A DNA stretch of 60,237 nucleotides from Armatimonadota bacterium (lineage in GTDB: Bacteria > Armatimonadota > UBA5829 > DTLH01): the NCBI GenBank assembly GCA_038207085.1, contig JBBRAE010000018.1:1-60237 (forward strand), given 5' to 3'. The notes beneath the pieces were generated by a model. It did not search any database. It had not been told where the DNA came from and saw only the letters and a program-made list of their open reading frames with translations. Numbering within the stretch: position 1 is the stretch's first letter; every line of letters begins with the position of its first letter. A program made the translations under genes and the position numbers. Shown one piece after another: positions 46,547 through 55,851 of the stretch.

Positions 46547-48360
46547 GCCAAGGACACAGGTTTCTTGAAGAATTGGCCGAGCGCGTTCTGGTGGGCGACG
46601 GCGCGATCGGGACGGTGCTCTTTGCACGTGGTGCGGAGCCCGGCGCGGGCGTCGAGCGGCTGAACACGCTCGCCCCGGACCTTGTGCTTGCGCTTCACCG
46701 CGACTACGTCGCAGCCGGGAGCCGAGTGATCGAGACCAACACCTTCGGCGCGAACCTCGCATCCCTCGCCCGTTACGGCATCAACTCTGAAAAAGGGGCG
46801 CGCGAGGTCATCACACAGGGGGTAAGGCTCGCGCGCGAAGCGGCGGCGGCTGATACATTTGTCGCGGGCTCAATCGGCCCGCTACCAGACCTTGAAGGCG
46901 AACCGCTCGGTGCCACAGAGCGAACGGCTATGTTTGCGGCCCAGATTATCGCACTCGCCGACGCGGGAGCAGACCTGCTGCTTTTTGAAAGCTTCCCCAC
47001 CCTTGATGCGCTCGCCTCGGCGGTCAGGATCGCCCGGAGCCTCGCAGACCTTCCGATTGTCGCCCAGGCCGCCTTTGACTCGGAGCTTCGCACCTCAGAC
47101 GGAGCAGACGCGGCGGAAGTGGTGCGCGCGTGCACCGAAGCCGGGGCGGACGTGGTCGGCGCAAACTGCGGCTACGGACTGATCTCTGCTGCGAAATCGG
47201 CGAAGAACATGCTCTCCCAGGGCGCACCGACGAGCGCCTACCTGAACGCAGGCTTCCCTGAGCGCATCGAAGGCCGCCCCATGTACGTGCCGAACGACGA
47301 GTATGTCGTGCAAACGGCGGTCGAGCTCGTGGACTCGGGGGTAAAGCTGGTCGGTGGCTGCTGCGGCACGGACCCAGGCACGATTCGATTGCTCGTCTCC
47401 GCCCTCGCGGGGCACACAAAGACCAGAGTATCGGTCGTCACCTCCCAGAGAAGCGCCCCGACGCAACGCGCGACCGAGCCTGAGACACCCACCATTCCAG
47501 GCCCGATTTTGGTGGAGCTCGATGGGCCGCGCACGCTCGACCCGTCTAGGGTGATCGCCGCGGCAAGGGTCGTGAAAGAGGCCGGAGCAAGCGCGGTGAC
47601 CATTGGAGACAACCCTCTTGCATCCGTGCGGGTGGAAAATATTGCAGTGGCGGGGATAGTCCACCGCGAGGTCGGGATTCCCGTGATCCCGCACCTGACG
47701 GGGCGCGACCGCAACCGCCTGGGGCTACAGTCGGCGATCATGGGCGCGCACATGCTCGGGCTGCGCGCGCTCCTCTGCCTGACCGGTGACCCCGTGCGGA
47801 TGTGCCAGGACCCGAACACCTCGGGGGTCTTTGACCTGACGAGCGTGGGCCTGGTTAGGATGGTGAGCGAGTTCAACTCCGGCCACAAGCTCTCAAGCGA
47901 CTGCCGGACCGCGTTTGCGATAGGAGTCGCAGCCAACCCCAACGTCCGCACGACAAGCGGGCAGATCGACAAGCTGCGGCGCAAGATCGAGGCGGGAGCA
48001 CAGTTCGCGCTGACTCAGCCCGTCTTTGACCCGGAGCGTTTTGAGGCGTTTTTGGAGTCGATTGCGGAGGCCAAGATCGATCTACCGATATATGTGGGCA
48101 TCATGCCGCTTCTTTCGGCCAGAAGCGCGGAGTTTTTGCATAACGAGGTGCCGGGGATACTTGTTCCCGATGAGATCAGGAGTCGGCTCGCAAGTTTTGA
48201 GACTGTTGAGGACCAGCGCGCGGCGGGAACCGAGATCGCGGGGAAGCTCGTCGAGCGGCTTGCGGGGCTTGTGCGGGGGTTCTACCTCGTCTGCCCGAGA
48301 AACCACGCAGAGCTCGTCACACCGCTGATTGGGATCGCCAAAGAACGTATGGGGATCTAA
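46543..48360 (+). CDS. yitJ: Bifunctional homocysteine S-methyltransferase / methylenetetrahydrofolate reductase (YitJ-like)
   Basis: GDGAIGT, IETNTFGAN, GANC, GGCCGT; MTHFR half HLTGRDRN, LTGDP, AQFALTQP and FLHNEVPG. Confidence 0.9.
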   Translation: MSQGHRFLEELAERVLVGDGAIGTVLFARGAEPGAGVERLNTLAPDLVLALHRDYVAAGSRVIETNTFGANLASLARYGINSEKGAREVITQGVRLAREAAAADTFVAGSIGPLPDLEGEPLGATERTAMFAAQIIALADAGADLLLFESFPTLDALASAVRIARSLADLPIVAQAAFDSELRTSDGADAAEVVRACTEAGADVVGANCGYGLISAAKSAKNMLSQGAPTSAYLNAGFPERIEGRPMYVPNDEYVVQTAVELVDSGVKLVGGCCGTDPGTIRLLVSALAGHTKTRVSVVTSQRSAPTQRATEPETPTIPGPILVELDGPRTLDPSRVIAAARVVKEAGASAVTIGDNPLASVRVENIAVAGIVHREVGIPVIPHLTGRDRNRLGLQSAIMGAHMLGLRALLCLTGDPVRMCQDPNTSGVFDLTSVGLVRMVSEFNSGHKLSSDCRTAFAIGVAANPNVRTTSGQIDKLRRKIEAGAQFALTQPVFDPERFEAFLESIAEAKIDLPIYVGIMPLLSARSAEFLHNEVPGILVPDEIRSRLASFETVEDQRAAGTEIAGKLVERLAGLVRGFYLVCPRNHAELVTPLIGIAKERMGI

Positions 48361-48378
48361 TCGCGCGCATGAGCCGGA

Positions 48379-48470
48379 CTAGTGGGTCAATTGCCATGCA
48401 TTACGCCATTCGGGATTCGGAAATCCCGTTTTAGCTTTGGGGTGGCGATTCGGAAATCGCCACCCAACAA
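48379..48470 (-). repeat. 92-bp inverted repeat, right arm
   Basis: See 45915-46006. Confidence 0.92.
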
Positions 48471-48489
48471 CAATCAACTTAACTGACTA

Positions 48490-50001
48490 CTAGTTGCTGG
48501 TGCCGAGCAGGTGCTTTCGGGCCTCGCTCATCATAATCGCGGCGTTGTCCTTGTCGGTCTTTTTGTTGCTCTCAAGGTAGCTTATGAGGTGGGTGCAGGC
48601 CTGGCTCATAAGGCTGAGTCCAAGCGACTGGTGGCGATATTCTTTGGCCATCGCTTCAGGGGGTGTGAGAGCTTCGTTTAGCCGGATCATCGACTCCACG
48701 CGGGTCGAAAGGCCCTGGGTCTTCTGGTAGTATTCCTCGCGGGTGATCTCACGGGAGTCGAAATCACTCCCGTTCTTGCTGTATTCATCCACAAACGACT
48801 TGATGTGGCGCGCCACGTAGCTTATCAGCCTGGCGTAACGCTCGGCTGAGACTTTGGGGTCGGGGTTCGGGTCGAGCCCGCGCACACGGTCGATTTCAGC
48901 CTTCACTCCGTCGAATCTTCCCAGTGCAAGCAGCAGCAGCGACAGGCGCTCTATCGCAACGATATTACCCGGGTCGGCGGCAATCGCCGCGCGGTAGTGT
49001 TTTTCGGCCTGATCGAGCTTTTGCGCCCGCCATGCGGCGTCGCCAGCGTTGATCCGTGCGGACACGCCGACCGTCGCGGGCTTGGCCGTTGACCTTGCGG
49101 GGACCGAGTTGCTCCCGGATGAGGAGACCATCACCTCTTTGAGTTTTGCGACTTCCTGCTTTATCGCGTCGCTGTCGGGGCTGATCGACTGAGCGCGGTC
49201 GAGCTCGTCCTGGGCCTGGGAGAACATCTGACGGCTGGAGTAGAGAGTCGCAAGCTTGATTCGGGTGTCCACGTTCTTTGGGTCGGCGTCGATTGCGCGG
49301 CGGTACTCCAGAATCGCGCTGGCTGCGTCGCCTGATTTGACGAAGCCTTCGGCAAGCTCGATGTGCTTTGTTGACGCCTTTTCCGGAGACTCAGACTCTA
49401 CTACGGGCTGCGATACAGGCTCGGGCTGGGTGTCCTCCTGAACCTTGGCAGGTTCGGGCTGAGACGGCGCGGTGGGTTTCACGCCCTTTAGCGCGGTGTC
49501 GGCAGCACCGGAGACTGCGCGGCTAGTGGCGGACTGGACGGCGTTTGAGATCGAAATCTCTTTGCGCGACCCCGACTGCACCTCGGCATCGGCGTCAAAA
49601 CCCCACACCTGGCGGCTCCCTACGTGGGCGACCCACAGGTTCATCTTGATCTTCGACTCGTAACTGAGCACGCCTGTCGCAACGTAGTCCACACCCAGCT
49701 CTTTGCCGATCTTCAGGCGCAGTTCAGGGGTGGTCTTGGCAGTTGCTTCCTCGGACGTGATTCGGTGCTCCTCGATCGCCCGGCGGACTGTTGCCGACTC
49801 GGGGTCGTAGGACATTGCCTCGACCTTGCCGGTGTCGCGCAGATAGGTCTTGATGGCGGTTGTCGCCTCCCGGGCCTGAGCGTCGACCGCGCCGCTTCCG
49901 GCGGTGACGGGGAAGATCAGGGCGATCGGGAGCTCATCGGCAACCGAAGCGACCGAAATACTCATCAGTATAAGAAAGCAAACGGCAAGGAGTTTTTGCA
50001 T
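48490..50001 (-). CDS. Secreted TPR protein with CsgG/TolB-N-like N-terminal domain
   Basis: Signal peptide, KIGKELGVDYVATG, and TPR units (YRRAIDADP, YRAAIAADP). Confidence 0.75.
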   Translation of the reverse strand: MQKLLAVCFLILMSISVASVADELPIALIFPVTAGSGAVDAQAREATTAIKTYLRDTGKVEAMSYDPESATVRRAIEEHRITSEEATAKTTPELRLKIGKELGVDYVATGVLSYESKIKMNLWVAHVGSRQVWGFDADAEVQSGSRKEISISNAVQSATSRAVSGAADTALKGVKPTAPSQPEPAKVQEDTQPEPVSQPVVESESPEKASTKHIELAEGFVKSGDAASAILEYRRAIDADPKNVDTRIKLATLYSSRQMFSQAQDELDRAQSISPDSDAIKQEVAKLKEVMVSSSGSNSVPARSTAKPATVGVSARINAGDAAWRAQKLDQAEKHYRAAIAADPGNIVAIERLSLLLLALGRFDGVKAEIDRVRGLDPNPDPKVSAERYARLISYVARHIKSFVDEYSKNGSDFDSREITREEYYQKTQGLSTRVESMIRLNEALTPPEAMAKEYRHQSLGLSLMSQACTHLISYLESNKKTDKDNAAIMMSEARKHLLGTSN

Positions 50002-50004
50002 ATA

Positions 50005-51261
50005 CTATTCTCTCGAAAGCTCTATGAACTGCTTGCAGGCGCGGATGCCTTGATCGGCTGAGGCGACGCCTTCACCCTTTGACCTGCGGTCAAGATAGAG
50101 GTTGATCGCGCGCTCGAACTTGCCGACCGCGTCCGTTCGCCTGCCGAGGTTATAAAGGCACGTGCCAAGAAGCTGGTTGTTCTCAGCCGAGTCAGCGCCG
50201 CCCGCTATCGCGCTTTCGAACATCGATGCGGCAGCGGCGTAGTCTCCCCTGCCGTAGGCCTGCCGGGCGTCGTCTACCGAGGCCGCCCTAACGACTGGCG
50301 CGGGCTGGCTCGGGGCAGAATCGATCTTGCGAGGCCTTGCGGCGATGGTCGACTTCGCGGGTTCGATCGGCTTGGATCCAGGCAGAGGCGCAAGCGGGCG
50401 AACCGGCTCGACCGTCTGCTCGACTACCGGAGGCGCGGGAAGCTGACCGCCGCCCGCGGCATAACCCGTCTGCTGCGATGGCGCAGGCTGGGGGTACGGA
50501 TAGGGCTGCTGGGCCTGCTGCTGAGGCTGCGCCGCGTAACCCGGTGGGTAGGCCGGGGCCGCGCCTTGTGCCAGAGCCTGGGCATAGCCCTGAGGAGAAG
50601 CACCGACCGGCGTTCCTTCACGCTGCTCTGACTGGGCCGCAGGTGGTGTCAAAACGACCTTGCGATCAGCCTGTTTGGGCTTGGCGGCGCTAAAAATAAT
50701 CAGAACCAGCAGGAAGACTATAACGACGGTTCCCGCGCTTGCGGCGACAGGCACCGGTACCTTGCGCACTTCGGCCAAGAATCGGTCAACAAATCCCTTT
50801 GCCGGAGTCTTCACAGGGGTGAGATCCATCGACAGCCTTGCGTGGAGACCGTCGAGCTTTTCCCGGTCTGCGACGCTGCCGGGGTTCGCCTCAAGCACCC
50901 GCTCCATCTGGATAATTGCGGCGTTGACGTAGTCCTCTGCGTCTATGCGGTTTCCAGCCCGAAACTCGGCATCGGCCTTGCGCTCGTAGATCAGGGCGAG
51001 GAGTGAGCGCGCGGAGGTGCTTGCGGGGTTGATCCCCAGCGCCTGGCGGCATTTGCGAAACGCGCCCTCAAGCTGGTCCTGCTCAAGCATCTTCAGCGCT
51101 TCGTAGAGCACATCCGACACCGCGCCGTCGTCTGCGGGCTCAACCGGCTCGACGACCACGCCCTGCTCAAGCCCAAGCGACTCGACTATCAGCCTGTTCC
51201 CGCATTCGCGGCAGAACTTGCTCGTTTTGGAGTTGTTGGTCCCACATTTGCTACAGATCAA
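50005..51261 (-). CDS. Zinc-ribbon / TPR membrane protein
   Basis: CSKCG...FCRECG, TPRs, one TM, Pro/Gln-rich linker and a C-terminal TPR. Confidence 0.8.
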   Translation of the reverse strand: MICSKCGTNNSKTSKFCRECGNRLIVESLGLEQGVVVEPVEPADDGAVSDVLYEALKMLEQDQLEGAFRKCRQALGINPASTSARSLLALIYERKADAEFRAGNRIDAEDYVNAAIIQMERVLEANPGSVADREKLDGLHARLSMDLTPVKTPAKGFVDRFLAEVRKVPVPVAASAGTVVIVFLLVLIIFSAAKPKQADRKVVLTPPAAQSEQREGTPVGASPQGYAQALAQGAAPAYPPGYAAQPQQQAQQPYPYPQPAPSQQTGYAAGGGQLPAPPVVEQTVEPVRPLAPLPGSKPIEPAKSTIAARPRKIDSAPSQPAPVVRAASVDDARQAYGRGDYAAAASMFESAIAGGADSAENNQLLGTCLYNLGRRTDAVGKFERAINLYLDRRSKGEGVASADQGIRACKQFIELSRE

Positions 51262-51298
51262 TACGTCACTCCGTCAATTTAACACGGGATAGCGCGGG

Positions 51299-51378
51299 CT
51301 AATTCGCATTTATAACACTACTCGTGAATAGTGCTACGTTAGCGAGAGCTTTATTCGTAAAGCGAATAAAGCGGGCTA
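51299..51378 (-). mobile_element. CTAG-MITE, reverse and partly degenerate copy at the ruvB stop
   Basis: Minus strand TAGCCCGCTTTATTCGCTTTACGAATAAAGCTCTCGCTAAC. Confidence 0.7.
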
Positions 51379-52401
51379 ATCCAGAAGGGTTGCCTGCGAC
51401 CTCGGAATCGGTCTGCCGAGGTGCTCGAATGCAAGCCTCGTGGCAACGCGGCCCCGGGGCGTTCGCTGCAAAAAGCCGATCTGCAACAGATACGGCTCGT
51501 AAACGTCTTCAATCGTCTCGCGGTCTTCGCCGATCGCCGCGGCGACCGTCTCGATGCCGACCGGACCGCCGTCGAACTTATCAATGATCGTGCCGAGAAA
51601 CTTGCGGTCGAGGCTGTCAAGGCCCTTGTGGTCGACTTCAAGCATCGCAAGGGCAAGATCGGCGACCTCGCGCGTGATGACCCCGTCCGCGCGCACCTGG
51701 GCGTAGTCCCGGACGCGCTTCAGGAGCCGGTTTGTGATCCTTGGTGTGCCACGCGAACGCCTTGCGACCTCAAGCGCGCCGTCAGGTTCTGTCTCGATTT
51801 TTAGAATATCAGCCGAGCGCACCGCGATCTCCTTGAGATCCTCTTCACGGTAGAACTCCATGTAGTGGATGATCCCGAAGCGGTCGCGCAAAGGGGAAGT
51901 GATCATCCCCGCGCGGGTTGTCGCACCGATCAGCGTATACTTTGGCAGGTCGAGCTTGAGCGTGCGCGCGCTTGGGCCTTTGCCGATGATAAGATCAAGC
52001 TGGTAGTCCTCCATCGCAGGGTAGAGAATCTCCTCGACAGCTCTGTTCAGCCGGTGAATCTCATCAATAAAGAGCACACTTCCGGGCTCCAGGTTGGTAA
52101 GAATCGCCGCAAGGTCGCCGGGGCGCTCGATCGCCGGACCAGAAGTCGTCCGCACCGGGGCGTCCATCTCGTTTGCGATGATGTTCGCGAGGGTCGTCTT
52201 GCCGAGCCCCGGAGGGCCGTACAAGAGGATGTGATCAAGCGGCTCATCGCGCCGCTTCGCGGCCTCGATGCATATATGAAGGTTTTCCTTAACCTTGTGC
52301 TGACCTATAAACTCGCCCAGACGCTTGGGACGAAGCGAGTATTCGACCTCGAAGTCTTCCTCGCGGGCGTCCGGCGCCAAGACTCTGTCGTTTAGTTCCA
52401 T
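51376..52401 (-). CDS. ruvB: Holliday junction branch migration helicase RuvB
   Basis: [37 protein letters not shown] and RTPRGR. Confidence 0.98.
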   Translation of the reverse strand: MELNDRVLAPDAREEDFEVEYSLRPKRLGEFIGQHKVKENLHICIEAAKRRDEPLDHILLYGPPGLGKTTLANIIANEMDAPVRTTSGPAIERPGDLAAILTNLEPGSVLFIDEIHRLNRAVEEILYPAMEDYQLDLIIGKGPSARTLKLDLPKYTLIGATTRAGMITSPLRDRFGIIHYMEFYREEDLKEIAVRSADILKIETEPDGALEVARRSRGTPRITNRLLKRVRDYAQVRADGVITREVADLALAMLEVDHKGLDSLDRKFLGTIIDKFDGGPVGIETVAAAIGEDRETIEDVYEPYLLQIGFLQRTPRGRVATRLAFEHLGRPIPRSQATLLD

Positions 52402-52484
52402 GTTAGTTCTCAGTTCAGAGTTCAGCGTTCAGAGTAGGGACTGCCGAGACCTGAAAGGCTGTACCGCCTCTGCACTCTGCACTT

Positions 52485-53081
52485 CTATTGCGTAAGCTTT
52501 CTAAGTGCGAGCCGCAGCACTTCGCCGGCGTCTTTCTTGTTCGACGACGATGCGAGTGCCTCATCGGCGGCTTTGCGGGCGCTTTGGCGGTCGTAACCGA
52601 GGCCGATCAGGCCTTCAACTACGTCGACGATCACGTCGTGCTCGCCGCCCACAGACCTCGCGCGTTCCAACCAGATAAGGGTGGTCATCTTTTCTTTTAG
52701 TTCAAGCGAAATGCGCTGGGCCATCTTGTTGCCGACGCCGGGAACGCGGTTCAGCGTGGCGATGTCGTCGCGCGATATTGCCCCTACAATACTTTCGACT
52801 GGTAAAACAGACAAAATGTTCAGTGCGACTTTCGGGCCGACACCCGTGACAGTTAAAAGCAGCTCGAACATGTTCTTCTGCTCGGTCTCGGCAAACCCGT
52901 AGAGCGTCAGCGCGTCTTCCTTCACATGTGTATACGTGAAAAGTTTGACTCTTGCTCCCGGCTGGGGCAAAAGCGCGATGACGGAAAGAGGCGCAAAGAC
53001 CTTGTAGCCGACGCCGCCGACGTCGACCACTACATAGTCTGTCTCAATATTAGATAATTCGCCGTTTACATGAGCTATCAT
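52485..53081 (-). CDS. ruvA: Holliday junction branch migration protein RuvA
   Basis: GGVGYKV, VKEDALTLYGF, GVGPK and VPGVGNK.AQRI.LELK. Confidence 0.96.
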   Translation of the reverse strand: MIAHVNGELSNIETDYVVVDVGGVGYKVFAPLSVIALLPQPGARVKLFTYTHVKEDALTLYGFAETEQKNMFELLLTVTGVGPKVALNILSVLPVESIVGAISRDDIATLNRVPGVGNKMAQRISLELKEKMTTLIWLERARSVGGEHDVIVDVVEGLIGLGYDRQSARKAADEALASSSNKKDAGEVLRLALRKLTQ

Positions 53082-53121
53082 GGGATTTGTCAGCTGTTAG
53101 CTATTAGCTGTTAGCAACCTT

Positions 53122-53201
53122 TCGTTCGTCAGGATTTGCTGTTTTGTTCGTCAGGATTTGAAATCCGGGACGAACCGGCAATCAAGGGATTTGAAATCCC
53201 G
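53122..53201. repeat. Family B REP cluster, downstream flank of the RAYT
   Basis: gttcgtcaggatttgaaatccggg and gggatttgaaatccc. Confidence 0.8.
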
Positions 53202-53233
53202 GCGCACAACCTACCATTCAAGAGCATCTATCT

Positions 53234-53315
53234 CTAGCCCGCTTTATTCGTGAAGCGAATAAAGCTCTCGCTAGCAAAGCATTATTCACGCTCCTCGTGA
53301 ATAATGCTTTGCTAG
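53234..53315 (+). mobile_element. CTAG-MITE inserted into the RAYT 3' end, flanked by duplicated CTAG
   Basis: CTAG at 53234 and 53312; excision restores ...GPLEIDALEW*. Confidence 0.88.
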
Positions 53316-53840
53316 AGGACCAGTCCTCTCAAACGCGTAGAACCCAGCACTGGAATACCTCCAGTGTTCCGATAGTTCAATCAACCCCTTGCGCACGGGG
53401 TTGCTATGTAAATACTCAATCTTCTGAATAGCGAAGTTCTCAGACTCAACGACCACAGGATGTGTGCCTTCCTGCCAAACTTGATACGATACGCCTGGAC
53501 GCCCGCTTTTTTCGGCAGCGTCCCGGAAGACCCACTCAAACAGAGTGCGGTCATCCTTCTTCAGCTGCTGGACGATGGCCTTCGCAGTGAACTTCCGCGC
53601 ATCACGAAGCACGTCGGACAGATCGAAGCATTCCCGCACAGAGAGAACTGCGTGCATGTGCGTCGGCATGATCACGTAGGCATGCACCAACAGTCCCTTT
53701 TCGCGGCGACAGTAGCCCAGGCTATCAGTCAGTATACGACAGTACGCATCGGACAGAAAAATCGGCAACCATTCCGTCAGTGTCCACGTCACGAAGTGCG
53801 GGATTAAGCCGTGCTCGTGAACTTTGTACCTTCGCACCAA
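53286..53840 (-). CDS. REP-associated tyrosine transposase (RAYT, Y1/HUH); native end at ~53211 before the MITE insertion
   Basis: HFVTWT, HAYVIMPTHMH (HUH), WQEG and YLHSNPVRKGL...WRYSS; flanked by REPs. Confidence 0.92.
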   Translation of the reverse strand: MVRRYKVHEHGLIPHFVTWTLTEWLPIFLSDAYCRILTDSLGYCRREKGLLVHAYVIMPTHMHAVLSVRECFDLSDVLRDARKFTAKAIVQQLKKDDRTLFEWVFRDAAEKSGRPGVSYQVWQEGTHPVVVESENFAIQKIEYLHSNPVRKGLIELSEHWRYSSAGFYAFERTGPLAKHYSRGA

Positions 53841-53855
53841 AGTTTGTGGTCCTCC

Positions 53856-53913
53856 GCGGGATCACAGATCCCTACATTGCCTGGTCGTCCCGAATTGCAG
53901 ATCCGGACGAACG
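53856..53913. repeat. Family B REP cluster, upstream flank of the RAYT
   Basis: gggatcacagatccc and gtcccgaattgcagatccggacgaacg. Confidence 0.8.
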
Positions 53914-53923
53914 GGACGCCAGC

Positions 53924-54793
53924 TTAATATATCACCTTGTTCAGCGGGTATTCGACTATCCCCTGGGCGCCTGCGCGCTTGAGGGCGGGGATGATGTCGC
54001 GGACGGTTTTTTCTTCGACTATGATCTCCAGCGCGGACCAGCCGTCGTCGGAAAGCGACGAGATGGTCGGGTTTTTGAGCGCAGGGAGGATAGCCAGGAT
54101 CGTGCTCAGGTTCGACTTCTCTACGTTCATTTTGAGGCCGACCAAACCGTCGGCGTTCAGGGCGGCGGAGAGGAGCATCGAGATGTTCTCCATCTTTTCG
54201 CGCTTCCAGTCATCAGCCCAGCTGTTACGGTTTGAGATGAAGCGGGTCGTCGACTCAAGGAGCGTGTCGATGATCTGAAGCCCGTGAGCTCTTAGCGTGC
54301 TGCCGGTCTCCGTGCCTTCGACGATCGCGTCGACCAGGTCAGGGACCTTCACCTCTGTTGCGCCCCATGAGAACTCAACATCGGCTTTCACGCCGTGGCT
54401 CTCAAGGTAGCGTTTGGTGACGCCGACGAGCTCGGTTGCGATGCGCTTGCCTTCGAGGTCCTTCGGGCCCTTGATCGGGGAGTCCTTGGGGACCGCGAGC
54501 ACCCAGCAGTAGGGAAGAGTCGTCGCCTTGGAGTATCTCATCTCGCAGATCTCGTGGACGTCGGCGTTGCACTCCATGACGTTGTCGAACCCGGTGATAC
54601 CGGCGTCAAGCACGCCCGCGTCAACGTAGCGCGGAATCTCCTGAGCGCGCAGCAGCGTGGCCTCAATCTCGGGATCGTCACAGGCCGGATGATACGATCT
54701 TGCGCTCGAACGAAAATCAAAACCGGCTCTCTTAAAGAGCGCAAACGTCGCATCCTGCAGACTTCCTTTGGGCAGACCCAGCTTAAGCTTCAA
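53924..54793 (-). CDS. hisG: ATP phosphoribosyltransferase (long form)
   Basis: [36 protein letters not shown] and the C-terminal regulatory domain. Confidence 0.95.
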   Translation of the reverse strand: MKLKLGLPKGSLQDATFALFKRAGFDFRSSARSYHPACDDPEIEATLLRAQEIPRYVDAGVLDAGITGFDNVMECNADVHEICEMRYSKATTLPYCWVLAVPKDSPIKGPKDLEGKRIATELVGVTKRYLESHGVKADVEFSWGATEVKVPDLVDAIVEGTETGSTLRAHGLQIIDTLLESTTRFISNRNSWADDWKREKMENISMLLSAALNADGLVGLKMNVEKSNLSTILAILPALKNPTISSLSDDGWSALEIIVEEKTVRDIIPALKRAGAQGIVEYPLNKVIY

Positions 54794-54846
54794 TACAGTA
54801 CCTCTCCTCTTTGGTATAGCTGTTGAGTATTCAACTTCGTTGATAC

Positions 54847-54881
54847 CCCTCACCCTCTCCCCTGAGGGGAGAGGGTGAGGG
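54847..54881. repeat. Perfect 16-bp-stem hairpin (REP family C)
   Basis: CCCTCACCCTCTCCCC-TGA-GGGGAGAGGGTGAGGG. Confidence 0.75.
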
Positions 54882-54946
54882 TGATATATCAGATTCTAAA
54901 ACTCACTAAATTATATTTGTGCTTGTTGCGCAGCGTCGAACACGTC

Positions 54947-55444
54947 TTATCGGCTCTTTTTCGACATCGCCCGCAGCTTGTTTGAGTGCGCGTGGCAGAT
55001 GGCTATCGCAAGCGCATCGGCGGCGTCGTCGGGCTTTGGCATTTCGGCGAGCCCCAGAATCCGCTGGACCATATACTGCACCTGCTTCTTCTCAGCGTTG
55101 CCATAGCCGACTACGGCCTGCTTGATCTCCGGCGGAGTGTACTCAATCGTCGGAATTCCCCGCTGCGCGGCCATCAGAAGCACTACGCCGATTGACCCGC
55201 CTACAGCAAAAGCCGTCGTGTTGTTCTTTGCGAAGAACAAGCGTTCGGTGACTACAACGTCGGGCTGGTACAGGTCGACCAGCTTGCCAAACTGCGCGTA
55301 GATGGACATCAGCCTGTCGGCCGCTGTATCCTTCGGGCTGGTCAGAATCGTACCAAAGGCGATCGCACTCACGCGATCGCCCACCTCGTTTACCACCCCA
55401 TAACCGGTTGTCGCCGTCCCGGGATCGATGCCTAGTATCAACAC
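54947..55444 (-). CDS. ruvC: Crossover junction endodeoxyribonuclease RuvC
   Basis: ILGIDPG...TGYG, ERLFF, YTP.EIK.AV.GYG.A.K.QV and DDAADALA. Confidence 0.96.
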   Translation of the reverse strand: MLILGIDPGTATTGYGVVNEVGDRVSAIAFGTILTSPKDTAADRLMSIYAQFGKLVDLYQPDVVVTERLFFAKNNTTAFAVGGSIGVVLLMAAQRGIPTIEYTPPEIKQAVVGYGNAEKKQVQYMVQRILGLAEMPKPDDAADALAIAICHAHSNKLRAMSKKSR

Positions 55445-55563
55445 AATAATTTCACCACATACATGGTACCACCGAACGGCCCTTCGGTCAAGCAGGTTTG
55501 AATTGGCGCAATGCGGGGCAACTTCATACAGCCGAAGGCCACACTGAAACGGGAGGTATCCTC

Positions 55564-55851
55564 ATGCCGATTTTTGAGTTTCGATGCAACACCTGTCGAG
55601 ACAGCTTCTCCACCCTCGTTGGAGTGGTAGCCAGAAACTGTGAGGCGGCCTGCCCGGCTTGCGGCGGGCGCGACCTCACCAGGCTCATATCACAGTTCTG
55701 CTCAATGCACGCGCGCGAATCGGTGGAACAACTCGCCGACGAAGCCTACTGCGGCGGAATCTCTTCGATGGAACGACTGATAGGCGGCGTCAAAGAGGAA
55801 CTCGGAGACGACGTAGGCCAAGACCTGGAGCAGTTGATCGGGGAGTGCTAG
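55564..55851 (+). CDS. FmdB-family zinc-ribbon protein
   Basis: MPIFEFRCNTC...CPACG..L.RLIS; GGGAGG RBS. Confidence 0.85.
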   Translation: MPIFEFRCNTCRDSFSTLVGVVARNCEAACPACGGRDLTRLISQFCSMHARESVEQLADEAYCGGISSMERLIGGVKEELGDDVGQDLEQLIGEC

